Positions 25,738-38,394 of a DNA stretch of 64,000 nucleotides are shown piece after piece; the first letter of the stretch is position 1; each line of letters begins with the position of its first letter. Origin of the DNA: Rhizodiscina lignyota (lineage: Eukaryota); the NCBI GenBank assembly GCA_010015805.1, contig ML978135.1:496001-560000 (forward strand), read 5' to 3'. The notes under the pieces were generated by a model. That model searched no databases and was not told the DNA's origin. It saw only the letters and a program-made list of their open reading frames with translations. The position numbers and the translations under genes were made by a program.

Positions 25738-28223
25738 TTACCAATCCAGAGGCTCTTTACTGACCTCGCCCCTGTTCGTTTTCGGTACCGCTACCGCTTC
25801 GACGACCATACTGCTGCCGTCCTTCCTCCATCGGCCCTTCAAGTAGCCGCTGCCGTCCAGCCAAGGCGTATCCCTGGTCCGCTTCTCCTCAAACTTCTTG
25901 ATCTTATCGTCCAACTTCAATGTGAGGCCGATATCATCCAAGCCGTTAACTAAGCAGTATTTTCTAAACTCCTCGACATCAAACTTCGCGAGCTCCTTGC
26001 CATCTGCGTCCTTGATGACCTGGGCCGGAAGGTCGACTTCAATCTCCTTTCCGGCGCGCGCCTCAATAGCAATGCGCTCAAGGGCCTCCTGGTCAGGAAT
26101 TCTAATGGGCAGCATGCCATTCTTGAAGCAGTTGTTGAAGAAGATATCGCCGTAGCTAGGTGCGATGACGCTCTTGATGCCGAAATCGAGGAGTGCCCAT
26201 GGTGCGTGCTCTCTGCTGGAACCACAGCCAAAGTTAACTCCGGTCGACACAAGGATCTTTGAGTGACGATATGGCTCTTTGTTAAGGATGAAGTCAGGGA
26301 TCTCCTTGCCAGTCTTAGGATCGTGTCGCCAGGGGAAGAAGAGTGCAGAGCCAAGGCCGGAGCGCTTGATAGTCTTGAGGAATTGCTTGGGAATGATGGC
26401 GTCGGTGTCAATATTTGCGATTTCAAATGGAGCCGCGATGCCCTTGAGCTGTGTGAACGCAGGCATGCCGCCGACGCTCGGAGCGCCGCTCTGTACAGTG
26501 TTGCCTTGCGAATCCTCCGGGTCGTCGAGAAGCTTGTCGAGGTCTTCATCGCTTATGATATCAGCCATGTGAGCCTCCTCAGTCTCGACCGGCACAGGAG
26601 CGCTGGCTTTGCCATGTGACCACCCGGCGTAGTTGCGAACGTCAGCAAGCTTTCCTGAAAGCGCGGAAGCTGCTGCTGATGCGGGAGACATAAGATGGGT
26701 ACGGCCACCAGCGCCTTGGCGACCTTCGAAGTTGCGGTTCGAAGTGCTGGCGCAACGCTCTTGAGGCGCGAGAATGTCCGGATTCATGCCAAGGCACATG
26801 CTGCACCCAGCCTCCCGCCATTCGAAGCCTGCATCGAGGAAGATCTTGTCAAGGCCCTCATCTTCAGCCTGCTTCTTGACAAGACCTGAGCCCGGAACGA
26901 TCAAAGCACGTTTCAAGTTGCTCGCAACCTTCTTGCCTTCAACGATTCGAGCTGCAATTCGGAGGTCTTCAATGCGAGAGTTCGTGCAAGATCCGATAAA
27001 GACTTTGTCGAGAACGACTTCCTGCATTGGTGTACCCGGCTCAAGGCCCATGTACTTTAAAGATTTGATGCATGCCTGCTTTTTTGCTTCGTCAGTGAAG
27101 TCATCGGGGCCAGGAACCTTGCCGGTAATAGGCACCACGTCCTGAGGTGAGGTTCCCCATGAAACTGTCGGTGCGATGTCTTTGGCGTCCACGAAGATGT
27201 CCTTATCATACGTCGCTTCTGGATCCGACCGCAGAGACAACCAGTACGCGACAGCTTTGTTCCATTCGTCGCCCTTTGGTGATAGCGGACGACCCTTGAG
27301 ATATTCAAAGGTGATCTCATCGGGAGCCACCATACCGGCACGGGCACCGGCCTCAATGCTCATGTTGCACATTGACATGCGAGCCTCCATGCTGAGACCT
27401 CGAATGGCGCTGCCGCAGTACTCGATGACATGACCGGTACCACCAGCCGTACCGATGATACCAATACAGTGTAAGATTATGTCCTTGCTGCTGACGCCTG
27501 GTGCAAGCTCGCCTTCCACCTGAATCCTCATGTTCTTGCTTCTCTTTGTGATCAAACATTGTGTTGCGAATACGTGCTCGACCTCGCTGGTACCAATCCC
27601 AAAGGCAAGAGCGCCGAATGCGCCATGCGTCGAGGTGTGGCTGTCGCCGCACACTACGGTGGTGGCGGGGAGGGTGAAGCCCTGCTCAGGACCGATGACA
27701 TGGACAATGCCCTGGCGCTTGTCGTCCATGCCAAAGTATGTGATTCCAAAGTCCTTGACATTTTCTTCGAGGGTCACGGATTGTAGTCGGGAGTCTTCCT
27801 CCTCGATGAATGAGGCGACGGACTTGAAGTTCTTGCGGGGAGTGGTCGGGATATTCTGTGCTGGGCTGTTAACGTCTTTGAAGCAGAAGGTATGCGAGGA
27901 CGTACATGATCAAGGGTCGCTAGAGTGCAATCAGGTCGCCGCACTCTTCGACCGGCGTTCTTGAGTCCCTCGAAAGCTTGCTGGAAATATTGTCAGTGAC
28001 ATCATTATTATGAGAATATTTGTGGGAGTACGCACAGGCGTGGTGACTTCGTGGATTAAATGCCTGTCTGCATGTCGGACCAGTTAATAGGTGCTCTCTT
28101 CGATGTCCCTGCATGATGCATACCGATATACAGCACCACGGTCCCATCTTCCTTCTGGTCAACGATATGCGCGTCGAAGACTTTGTCGTACAAGGTCTGA
28201 GGTGGCTTGACAGCAGAAGGCAT
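25738..28223 (-). CDS. LEU1: 3-isopropylmalate dehydratase (fused large and small subunits)
   Basis: '[21 protein letters not shown]', '[13 protein letters not shown]', '[14 protein letters not shown]', '[11 protein letters not shown]', '[13 protein letters not shown]' and '[11 protein letters not shown]'. Confidence 0.98.
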
Positions 28224-28370
28224 TGTGGCGGTTTTTGCTAAGGAGCAATCTGACAGCCAGCTAGCACAATACGAATTGGGAATTCGGGAGATATGATGGG
28301 ATTGCGAGGAGGTGATTTACCGCCCTCTATATGCTTGCCATTGTGATAGCTCCTCCGAAATCGCTGTCTG

Positions 28371-28380
28371 CCGATGTCGG
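28371..28380. promoter_or_regulatory. Putative Leu3/LeuB binding site CCG-N4-CGG
   Basis: CCGATGTCGG lies ~150 bp upstream of the LEU1 ATG and matches the everted-repeat consensus bound by Leu3-type Zn2Cys6 factors. Confidence 0.6.
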
Positions 28381-29272
28381 ACGGGGATTTCAGAGGCAAA
28401 AAGCTGGGGAACCGGCCTGCCGACAGCCAATAGGAATTAAGCTAATATAAGCAATCACATGACAACATGAACGCCTTCTTTTCGTGCACTTCCCGCGGAG
28501 GAGGATCAGATACCAATTGGACATTTTACCGATTCTCTATATTATAGTCATCACGAATGGGGCTGGATGAGTGTTAGTCGCATCAAGCTTCCTCGCATGA
28601 ATTCCTGGATAGGCATGATTCGGCCGTGATGGACAGTAGGCGCAGCTTTTCGCCTGCTTGTGATCAGAACACTCGAAGCTTACTACTGTGCCCTTCAAGG
28701 TGCTCTCGGTTGCTGCCGGTTATGGTATTGCTTATTGACAGTTATATTCACCGTCGGCATGCCCGGGATGGACGTGTACATTATGGTCAGCGGGTGAAGT
28801 TTGATGGCACTTCAACATCGTATCCGATTGGCAGAAGACGCCCTACCACGTATACATCAATATTCACACCATCGCAGTGCAAGAACAAACAGCGCTTTCG
28901 CCTTGTTGCGACTAATGATGTGGTGGCAGAGGACCGCGGCTTCAATCCAACAGAGTTTAAAGATTAGAGTTCGTCAAAGAATGTGAATACGAAGTATAGG
29001 AGAACTTCACACGTTCTATTTGGTATCCTGAATACACTTGGTATCAGCTCCGGGGGAATGTGCTGATACAAATGAGCTTCTACCCTCGACGGAGTTGGAG
29101 CTAAGCACCGTATCAACTCCGCACTATCCAGTCTTAATGTTGTCCATGTCATGGTCTCAGTAGCGGATGATAACCTCGTGCTTTTGAGACCCTGCTCATC
29201 AATCACGAGGATCCAGGTCGTCTTCTCGACGGCCTTTATGATGCCAATATCCGAAGAATCTCGCCAAGAGAC

Positions 29273-30560
29273 TTAGAACTTCGCCATTGCTAGCTCATAA
29301 GCCAAGCCAAGCGTCAATTTAGCGTGCTGGAGCATGTGGTCGAAGCTCAGATACTCGATCTTGTCCTCGCTCGTGTGGATTTTCGTGTCGCTGTACTTGA
29401 AGTCGCTCTCGATGACAAAGGCAGACGGGTAGCCTGCCTTCGAAGCGCTGGCGTGGTCACTGCACGCGTATCCGCACTATTTTTCACGTTATCAGCTACC
29501 ACAACTGCGTATTCATGCCCTAACAAGCGACTCACCTTGGTCTCGATATACGGAATATCGCAATATTCCGTAATGACCTCTTTGATGAACGTTGTCAATC
29601 CCGGATCGACATAGTCCGTAATGACGCCCACGCTCTCCGGTTCGCCCGCGTCAAGCGTCTTCTGCACATAACCAGTCATGTCTTGCTGAAGCATCGCCTT
29701 GACCTTCTTTCCCGCCTTTTCATAGCTTTGGAAGATCGCCTGCGATCCTAACAGTCCACCCTCTTCAGCAGAGTACCAGTGGAACTCGACCGTGTTCGTC
29801 GCGTTTCCTGCCACGATATCCTCGCTCGTCAAAAGAACTCTCAGCGCTTCCAATATGGTCACAGTTCCGCTACCGTCATCGTCCGCACCCGGTGCAGAGA
29901 GCAGGGACGGCAGGAACAGATTGATGCTATCCTGATGCGCGCCAATCACTACCGTATGGTCGCTCTTGCCCGGGATCGTCGCAATAACGCTCGCTTGTCC
30001 CCAACTGTGCGGGAATGCACTCACAGAAGCGCCGTGCTCCAACGCACCAGCATCTGCGAGAGTTGCGTTGACTTGCGCGAGGAGCCAGGCAGATGACTGT
30101 GCGCCGTACTCGGACCTGTAGTAGCGTGTATGGAAGGCTGTGAAGGTCTCGAGATGCTGATGCATCTGCTTCTTCGAGAGCGACTCGAGCAGAGGGGTAA
30201 CAGTTTTATTGTAGGCGGGTTTGGAGGGATATGTTACAGATTCGATGGCGTTCGTCGCGGAGAGGATGGAGCCCAAGTCTTCAGTCTCAGTTATATCCAT
30301 GAAATTTAGACCTTGCTGTAAAGACACCATTAACTATTTGGATCTTGTCGATGGATAAGAGGCTGGAGTACTCTTCTAAGCTCCCACTTCTGGTCCTCCG
30401 TTACCCATTGCGTCTTGCCAGGCTCGAGCTCGATGAGGAACTGCTCCGCCGGCTGACGCCATGGACGCTGGTCGAGGATTTCTTGGAATGAATGTGGTAC
30501 GGATAGTGCTGAAGCTGTAGCTACAGCTGTAGCCACTGTGACTGCCGTGGAGAGCTTCAT
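29273..30560 (-). CDS. LAP1: Secreted leucine aminopeptidase, peptidase family M28; 3 exons
   Basis: Signal peptide MKLSTAV..., 'GAHQDSIN', '[10 protein letters not shown]', '[12 protein letters not shown]', 'MLQQDMTGY' and '[10 protein letters not shown]'. Confidence 0.95.
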
Positions 30561-31190
30561 GTTGATGTGGTATGATGATGTTTGAGAGCTGTCGCGAGAC
30601 GTCCGCTGGAGCTCCATGCAGGAGCTCGATAGGCGGCACAGCCATTGCGTCTTCCATCTTGGCGCTTCCTAATACGTCAGATTCTAGTCCCTATGCATGG
30701 AATTGTGTAAATTCTCTTGGGCCTGCGCAGAAAGACTGCTCAGATGGCTGTAGGAAGCATTCTCTCAGTTCTCAAGTTATGAAGTATAAGAATATATATT
30801 TGCAATTCAATCAATCCTAAAAAGGGAATGCCCATTAATGTCCTCTCTTTGATGATTACTCAGCTGCCACAAAAATATCCAGATACACGACACAATGGAG
30901 ATTTTGTTGCGTTCTTCTCTTGTGTATGGAGTAACTGGAATTTTTTATTCTCTCTATCAAATTTAAGATGTATGAAGTTGAGTCAAGGTTTTGTCGCATT
31001 TTCCTTTCGTCATAGAATAAAAAAAAGGGCAACTGGGCACAGAAAATGCGCCATTGAGGTCATACGTGCTACGAGAACACTGACGCCGAGCGAGCACCAA
31101 GACAAGGATGCGCTCCTTAAGGCTATCGATTTTTGCCAGTGCAGACGGTGTCTTGCATGAAGTTGGTCTGTCGTGGCCAAACGCAGGGCG

Positions 31191-34100
31191 ATGGCATATC
31201 TGGCTGCTTGTTACTGCAGGGAGGCCTCCGTAACATTCCAGCCTCGTTGCCTTTCAGCTCCGCTGTCACTTCTTAACGCGTGGCTGGTAATGGAACACAT
31301 ATCTCTGTCCAATCGAGACGCTGTGGCGACTTGAATTCGCCTACGGCCTGCAGAGTTACCCCCCAGAACTCAAGGGAATCTGAGCTATTGAAGGCGTGGG
31401 CTGTGCATATCGTTCGCGACCTGCCGCCCAGCATCAGGAGAATTGCCTTGAACTCATGTGGGGAAGCTTTCGATGATGAAGCTCTCTGTATGACCGCTAC
31501 TACCATGCGGCCGTCTTCGTCACCGATGTGGAAAGCCTTGCTACGAATACAGTTTACTTCATTCCTTCCACGCGGACTGATTCTCACTCAAGAATTCGTA
31601 GCTCCATACATTCGGCGACCTTGCGCGTGACATCACTGGGACAGACAAATCTGTTTCGACCATGTCCATGCAGAAGCTCGCCGACGTGTGGGGCGAGCTT
31701 CTTGAAAGGCGGGACAGTGACAACCTCGTTCGAGAAATATTCGGTCACTTCGACATCTACTCCAGACATGCTCAACATGACTCTCAAACGTTCTGCCGCT
31801 GGCCGAGGCTCCTTCTGGTGCGACTACGAATATTCTTTGACATCCAACGTACCTATTCACAATGTCGCCCAAGCCAGCCTCCGGACGCAAGAATTCCATC
31901 CCCCTTGATTTCCTCAAGGTTGCACTATATTCTCGTCTTTCGACTTATGCAGTTTGGAACGGATATTTCCAAGGAACCGAACTTCTCTGGACCGGAGTAT
32001 AGCCTCCAGCGTCTACTCATAATCCAGACATTGCTGTCCAGCATCCGCGCTCTCATCCTGCGGCAAGACTTCCGTGATACCAAAGACCTTTTGCAGCAAC
32101 TAAGAAGTCTTGTCAATGCATGGTCTGGCAATACCGGTCGACGCCTTTCTGATGTGGAAAGCTTTGTGCTGGAATGGTTGCTCCCAGATACACTGTCAAC
32201 TGTTCAGGACCAGGCAAAGAGTAGGACTATCAGATCTCTAGCATGTGGAAGATTCGACTTGCCGGACTACGCTTCTGGCCTCTATCCGATCGAAATTCAT
32301 TCTTCAGTGGACCGCGGGCAATCGTATCAGTCTGCTTTGAGGGATACCATTCGACAGTTGGATTCAACCGAGTGGCTCGAGGCGTATTGGTCGCTGAGTG
32401 ATGTAGTATGGGCTGTTAAGGCTGCTAAGATGAAGTGTTACGCCCCCAGGAGCACGGCCGACGAAAATGATAAGGTCCATACCCACGACGTTATGGATGA
32501 AGTTCTATCTGTCGTATTTGCAAAAGATAATCCGCCAACGCATGCCAATCCTAACCCGCCAGTCAGGTCTCTGTCTGATGCGCTTCTGGATTGCTATTGC
32601 ACGACTGCCAGACCCGCCCTGGAGGCGCACTATGCGGATTTCAAACAAATCAATTCCGGTTCCCATTGGCTAAAGAGCACCATAGACAGGGAGCTGGATG
32701 AGTTCTTGGATTTTCTCACTCGGCGAAAGCTGCACCTTCGCGACTCTAATGGGGATTTTGAGACTGTTTTCGACAATATGGGAATGTATACAAGAGACTG
32801 GTACCGCACAGCAACAGGTGATGCAGCCGCCATGAGCCTTGAAGAGGAAAGCCGTCCTGGCACAAGCGAAGAATGTACGCGAATATACTTTGTCAATTGT
32901 AGAAGGACACATCCAGTCACGAGTGTCTGCCTACAAGAATTACTGAAAGGCAACGATAAATTACGGTTTCAGGCGTATTCTCTCTCTATTCCGGGATTGA
33001 TAATGGAAAAGAAACACTCCGACCCTGCCGAACAATTCGAGATCAATGGGGATGTCGAAGATGTTCTATGTCCCTACTGCCCTGAAGGGGTTCGAATCAC
33101 CAGCGCCAGATTAGCATCACCGCTTTCTTTCGTCAGCACTACCCTTCAGTCGTTAGTGTCACAAGCTGCTATAGACTCCGAGACACTAAGGCCGCACTAC
33201 GCAGAAGACGTCCACTCCGCTCCAGAAATCCTACCGTCGCGAGCATCCTCGGTAATAACGCGATAAAGCCAGGATCCATCTCGCTCTGGGAGTAATACAT
33301 CCAGTTCTTCTTCAGGGCCGCGACTGAACGGTCGGGGCGGTAAACCATATCAAGTTCCGCAAAGTCCGACAAGTCCAATCAGGAATGGCAGAGGCAGAGG
33401 CCTGGACGATAGCATCTCTTCGTCCAGCAAGGGCGGAAACTTCTTCCACAGAATCACAAAACGACCCAGCGCATCTTCCTCGCAGTCCATCTCACCACTC
33501 CCGAACACCCTTGCGTATTGTTTCTCCAGTTCCGCCGACAGAATCTTCCTGTGGCACACAAAGGACAGCGTTGACCTCGTCAGAATCGATGCGCCTTTCC
33601 AAAGTGCAAAGAGCTTCTCGCTTTTGAGAGGCGACGGCTCCCGAGACGCTGGAGCAGATGTTTTGGATGTTGCAGCAGGAGATCGAAACGTTGCCGTACT
33701 ATCGCGGTATTCCGGAAAGGTACAAACTAAAGTTTGCCACTGCAATTTAACGACGCATCTGCTGACATGACATAGAGTGAGATCCTATTCCTTTTCGACG
33801 AGCATGGAGGCCGTCACGAAGCTCAGCCCAATGCCATTCTTGGGACCGGTGAATCTAAATGCTACTCGATGTCCATGTCACCTAAATCAACCCTGATTGC
33901 CATCGGTTGGGGCTCTGTGGTACAGGTATACAAGTTCAGCGCCGGCGCTCTTGTACTTCAAGACGTAGTAAGGATCCATGAAAGTTACTCAGGAGGCAGT
34001 TTGAAATACCAGACCTTGAACTTCTCACTTGACTCAAGAAAGCTTATCGTCGCAACTCAAGAAGACGTCGGAAACCCGGAATTGAAGGACAATTGCCACG

Positions 34101-34695
34101 TTCGAATATGGGAATGTGATTCAGCTCAACTCAGGATAAAGTTCCGTCCCAAGGCATTCCGCATGTCATCGGTGCGTTGGCTCCACCTTTTCTCATGCTA
34201 ATTTCTAATTACCTCGCGTAGCGCCAAGCAGATGAAACCGGTATCACGTCAGTGTTTCTCAACAATGAAGGAGATGAAGCATTCCTCGCTGCAAACTTAT
34301 CCAAGGCATACTCTTCTATACTGAAGATGAGCAGTGAAGGGGAGATGAACCGGTCAGGACTCAAGAAGCTCATATCCCACAACATGGACGTTGCAGCGCA
34401 AGCCCCATCTGGCACTCGCTTTGTATTCAAAAACGGGAAACACAACAAAATATACATGATAAATCTGGCTGAACGCGGAGCAGAAGTTGTGAAGGACTTT
34501 GAATCTGAGCGGAGGAGTTGCCGGGACAATTTGATGGCACTAGCTATGCCCAAGGTGCCGCAAGAGAACATCATCCACGTCTTGTGGCAAGATCACGGGA
34601 AACTGATATTCAAGTCGATCAAATTGACTGATAGCAATGCCGAGATCGATGGAAAGGATCTGAGAACTGTATATGATGCGGCTACCCCGGTATGA
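31191..34695 (+). pseudogene. Large uncharacterised protein with C-terminal WD40-like beta-propeller; interrupted by in-frame TAA at 33264-33266
   Basis: The frame of ORF 31662-33266 continues open after the TAA up to the donor at 33720. It then splices into 'SMSMSPKSTLIAIG...LNFSLDSRKLIVAT...VRIWE' and 'AAQAPSGTRFVF'. The start is approximate. Confidence 0.6.
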
Positions 34696-35031
34696 TATCC
34701 ACATGACATAGAGTAATGTAGCTTGTCACCGCGCATGTCGAAATAGTTGAGTCCGCTTAACTGAACGGCTATATTATGAACCAGTTTTATTCTTCAGCAC
34801 GAGCGAGAGCATCTCTGAAAGCTCCATGAAATATACAGTAGAGTATACTTATCCAAGACACATAGCTGCAGTGTGTATAATTTATATTTACTACTGGCGA
34901 TATACATCTTCACGTTGAAACATTGCGCAGCCATGACTCAACTATTTTGTCACCCACTTGTTTGTCTCAACACGACTGCTGTAAATTTTCTGTCTGTGTA
35001 ATGTAATTATTGTAGCACAAAGATGGATAGA

Positions 35032-37247
35032 TCACCAAAGTACATTTGCTAACCACTCCATAAACGCCTTGATATTCTGCGATGTGAACCGATCCTTGTC
35101 TGGTAGATTCAGTTGGCCTCTTCGATGTCTCGCCCCGCAGAATCCGCATGGCTCCCTCTCCGTTCCACTGTCAATGTAAACGGGGGTCAGGCCTCTCAAA
35201 TAACTCGCATTCCGTCTCCAATTTCGATAATCGAGGCCGTTGAGTTTAATAAAGTAGAGAATTGTGAGAATCACGAAGATCAGCACCTGAGCAGAACCTG
35301 TCAGTTGGGGGCTACGTCAAATGTGAGCGAACTCAAGCTCTTACACTGATGTACGATGCAATAAAATCTTTGCCACTGAATGGTTGCGCAAAAGAGCGCC
35401 ACCCGTTGAAGATGAGGAAAAGCACTGTCGCGGTTAGAGCGTACGCCGCTCGGAGCCACTGTATGTGCGACTTGTAGGCCCAATTTGGACTTCTACGATC
35501 GTAAAGACGAGTCATCGCAGAGTCCTTGCCGACTGCCCGATCCTCTCCGCGAGCTGCAGCGTTTACGCAACGATAGAATTGCAAGTACGCTGCGTTTATC
35601 GCGATATAGACAATGAGCATGCTCACGACGCTGTTGGTAGCGAGCCGGCCGAGGACCTTTTTGGAGGGATGTCAGCGGGGATTTATAGGCAATGCAGAGA
35701 AATTGCGAGAAAGAGCGACTCACCTGAGATGGGCCATTTTCCGTCGACAAAAAAGCTAGCAGTCCAAACAACCAACTTACGAAGAGAGCGACGTACGGAA
35801 CGCCATACTTGGTCCTCTCAAGACGTGATCGTAAACTCTCGATCGGTCCCCATTCAGGCCATGCCTCACGTAGGCAAGCAAGAGCATGTAAGCTTCTGGA
35901 AGCAATGTACAGCGAGTTGATGGCAGAAGTCGTAGCCGAGAAGACGAAAAACCCAGTGAAGAATTGTGGCTAAGTCCTCACGTGCTCTCGGACTGCGGCT
36001 AGAACGAAAGCACTAGTGGTACTTCCACTGACGCTGTTGATTGTGAGTTGTTGGAGCTGAGAATCAGTGTATGGTACATTCAGGCCGACCACGAAGACCG
36101 ATAAAGAGTAGAAGAGTATGATCCGGAGAGAGATCTTTCGCGAGGCAAGCTTGATTGTCTCTTCTCTCCTCAGGTCGTGGTTCTCCGCTGCGGTGATAGC
36201 GACTACCTCGAAACCAATCATGGAGAAGATGATGTAAGTCATACCAGACCACATGGCTGTAAATGTGCCGAGGGAGCCCTCATACACTATGGGAGGATCC
36301 GCTCGGACGGTCATGTTATGTGAGGCGAAGCTGTAGGGGGACTTGTAAGTCCAGAAACGAGAATCGTGAAACCTGCCAGCGATTATCAGTGCTTGTCATT
36401 TCTGATAATCATTCGCGACTTCCAATTACCTTTTCCGAGCATTTACAATGACGTTGAAGAAGATCAGACCACTAAGAAATGTGATTTTGATACAGCCGAA
36501 AACATATTCCAGCCTACCGAACCATCGAACTGGTAAGAGGTTGACGAGACCGACGATGAGCAGGAATATGAAAACCCAGACCGCTGGGCTGGTATTCTGT
36601 CCTACGGGCCATCGCAGAGTTTCGTCGGGATAGCCTTGCTCTTTGAGATATTCAGTCGGGAATTCGAAATTTATAATCTGTGTGATGGCGAGCAGTTCTG
36701 CGGCATTGATGACGACCCAAGAAAACCTGCACAAGAATTAGCGAGATATCGGCGCCATTGTAATGTAGAGCCCAGGTGTACGAACCAGAAGAGCCAAGCA
36801 ACTGCGAACCCGATAGAGTTATCTAGAAAGCGACGAGGGAACTCGAACACTGCGCCTTTGACGGGAAACACTGCTGTCATCTCTCCAAGTGAGGCCATCG
36901 TAGACCACATTACAGTGCCAGTAACAATGTATGCTATCACGGCAAGCCCTGGGCCACAAAGGAAAATGACCCTCCCGCTCTGGAGGAACAAGCCTCTAAA
37001 CGATGATTAGGCACGGTCGGGAGTCAGTGTGGTATCTACCTACACCCCCAGGACAGCGGAGAAGGTCATCATGTTTACATGACCCTCACTCAGCTTCGGC
37101 CTGGGACAATCGCTTAGCATAAGATCGACTAAACAAGGCAGAGCATCTTTACCTCAATTCTGTAGCATGATCGGGTGAGCCACTGGACTGAACAGACAGA
37201 ACCGACGGTGGCGGCTCTGGAGAATGATCACGCTCCGGGGCGTCCAT
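35032..37247 (-). pseudogene. APC-family amino-acid permease (atypical); in-frame TAG at 35970-35972
   Basis: 'GLFLQSG', 'SLGEMTAVFPVKG', 'FGRLEYVFGCIK', 'FSMIGFEVVAITAAE' and 'INSLYIASRSLHALA'. The frame reads through VRT*PQFFTGFFVFSA. Confidence 0.75.
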
Positions 37248-38394
37248 TATTGTAGAATGTATGCTGGAGAGCTCAACAATGAGTGTAAGGCAGTAAAGGC
37301 TCAAGAGCTCTTGGAGAATGTTATCGATGATCAGATTTTGAGTTTTCAGATGACACAAGATGACACAAGGTATGAATACTTGTGATCGCAAGACTCTCCA
37401 AATACGAAGATGTCTCACTCGCGCTACCCCACAGGCAAGGCAACTGTTGAGAAAGGCAGCTGAAACGAAAGGAAACTAAAGGAAAGGCAAATGGGCGTTC
37501 GAGGCTGCATACAGACTTCCCTTGAGGAGCTTTGAGGCTTCATGAGGCGGCGGCTATGTGCGTGCAGTAGAGCGTCTAGGCGAGGCGAAGGCTTCAAGCC
37601 ATCGGCCTCCGTGGAGCACAGTCCGGATTTTCTTGAAAATAGGGCAAAAACAGGAGTGTTACAGCAAGTTCACACTCCGCGTGTCGAACGAGTCGTTCTC
37701 TGAAGCTCTTCTCATGCCTCAATTTTCCTCACCATTGCTTTGAAGGAGATGTGGAGAGTGACAGATGCGCTCGCGGACAGTAGCAATGGAGGACGGCCTT
37801 ACCACATCAATTAACAGTCATATTGACTTGATATACAGAGTACATAGGACTCGAGATAATATTGCGACAAGCGAGTGTTAGGTTGCAAAATTGCTAAGAC
37901 ATTCGGCGCAAGCAGAGTCCCGTGCTTCCAAAAGGGTGTTCCTTAACAACTGCAAGGGTTACCTGATTGGCCGCTGGATATCTCAACTTCGTCCACGCAA
38001 CCGCAAGGCAAAGGTATCAAGACTCATGCAGTCCACGACAGTCTCAGCCTTGCCATGGAGGAAAAGTTGGCCGTCCAACAGAAATCGATGTTGTTATCCA
38101 GGCGAGAATCAGCCTCGCCCGAGTCTCTGGAACGGCTGCTCTCATCCTCATCGATGCCACCCCTCCGAGATAAATATCCATTACGCGAGGAAAGCCGTCA
38201 TACTGTGCGTATATGCATGAGTTTGCTGCTGCCTGTGTGCATCTCTCGCTGAGATCAAACCCTGGACAAGTCATCTGGTGGTTAACCACACCGGACGAAG
38301 GCTATCCGGATCGGGGATCGAGAATATCCGCGTTGGGCATTGAAGTCCTGACATGGTGACTGCCTTACACGTTGATCACTCTTCCAAATGGTAA

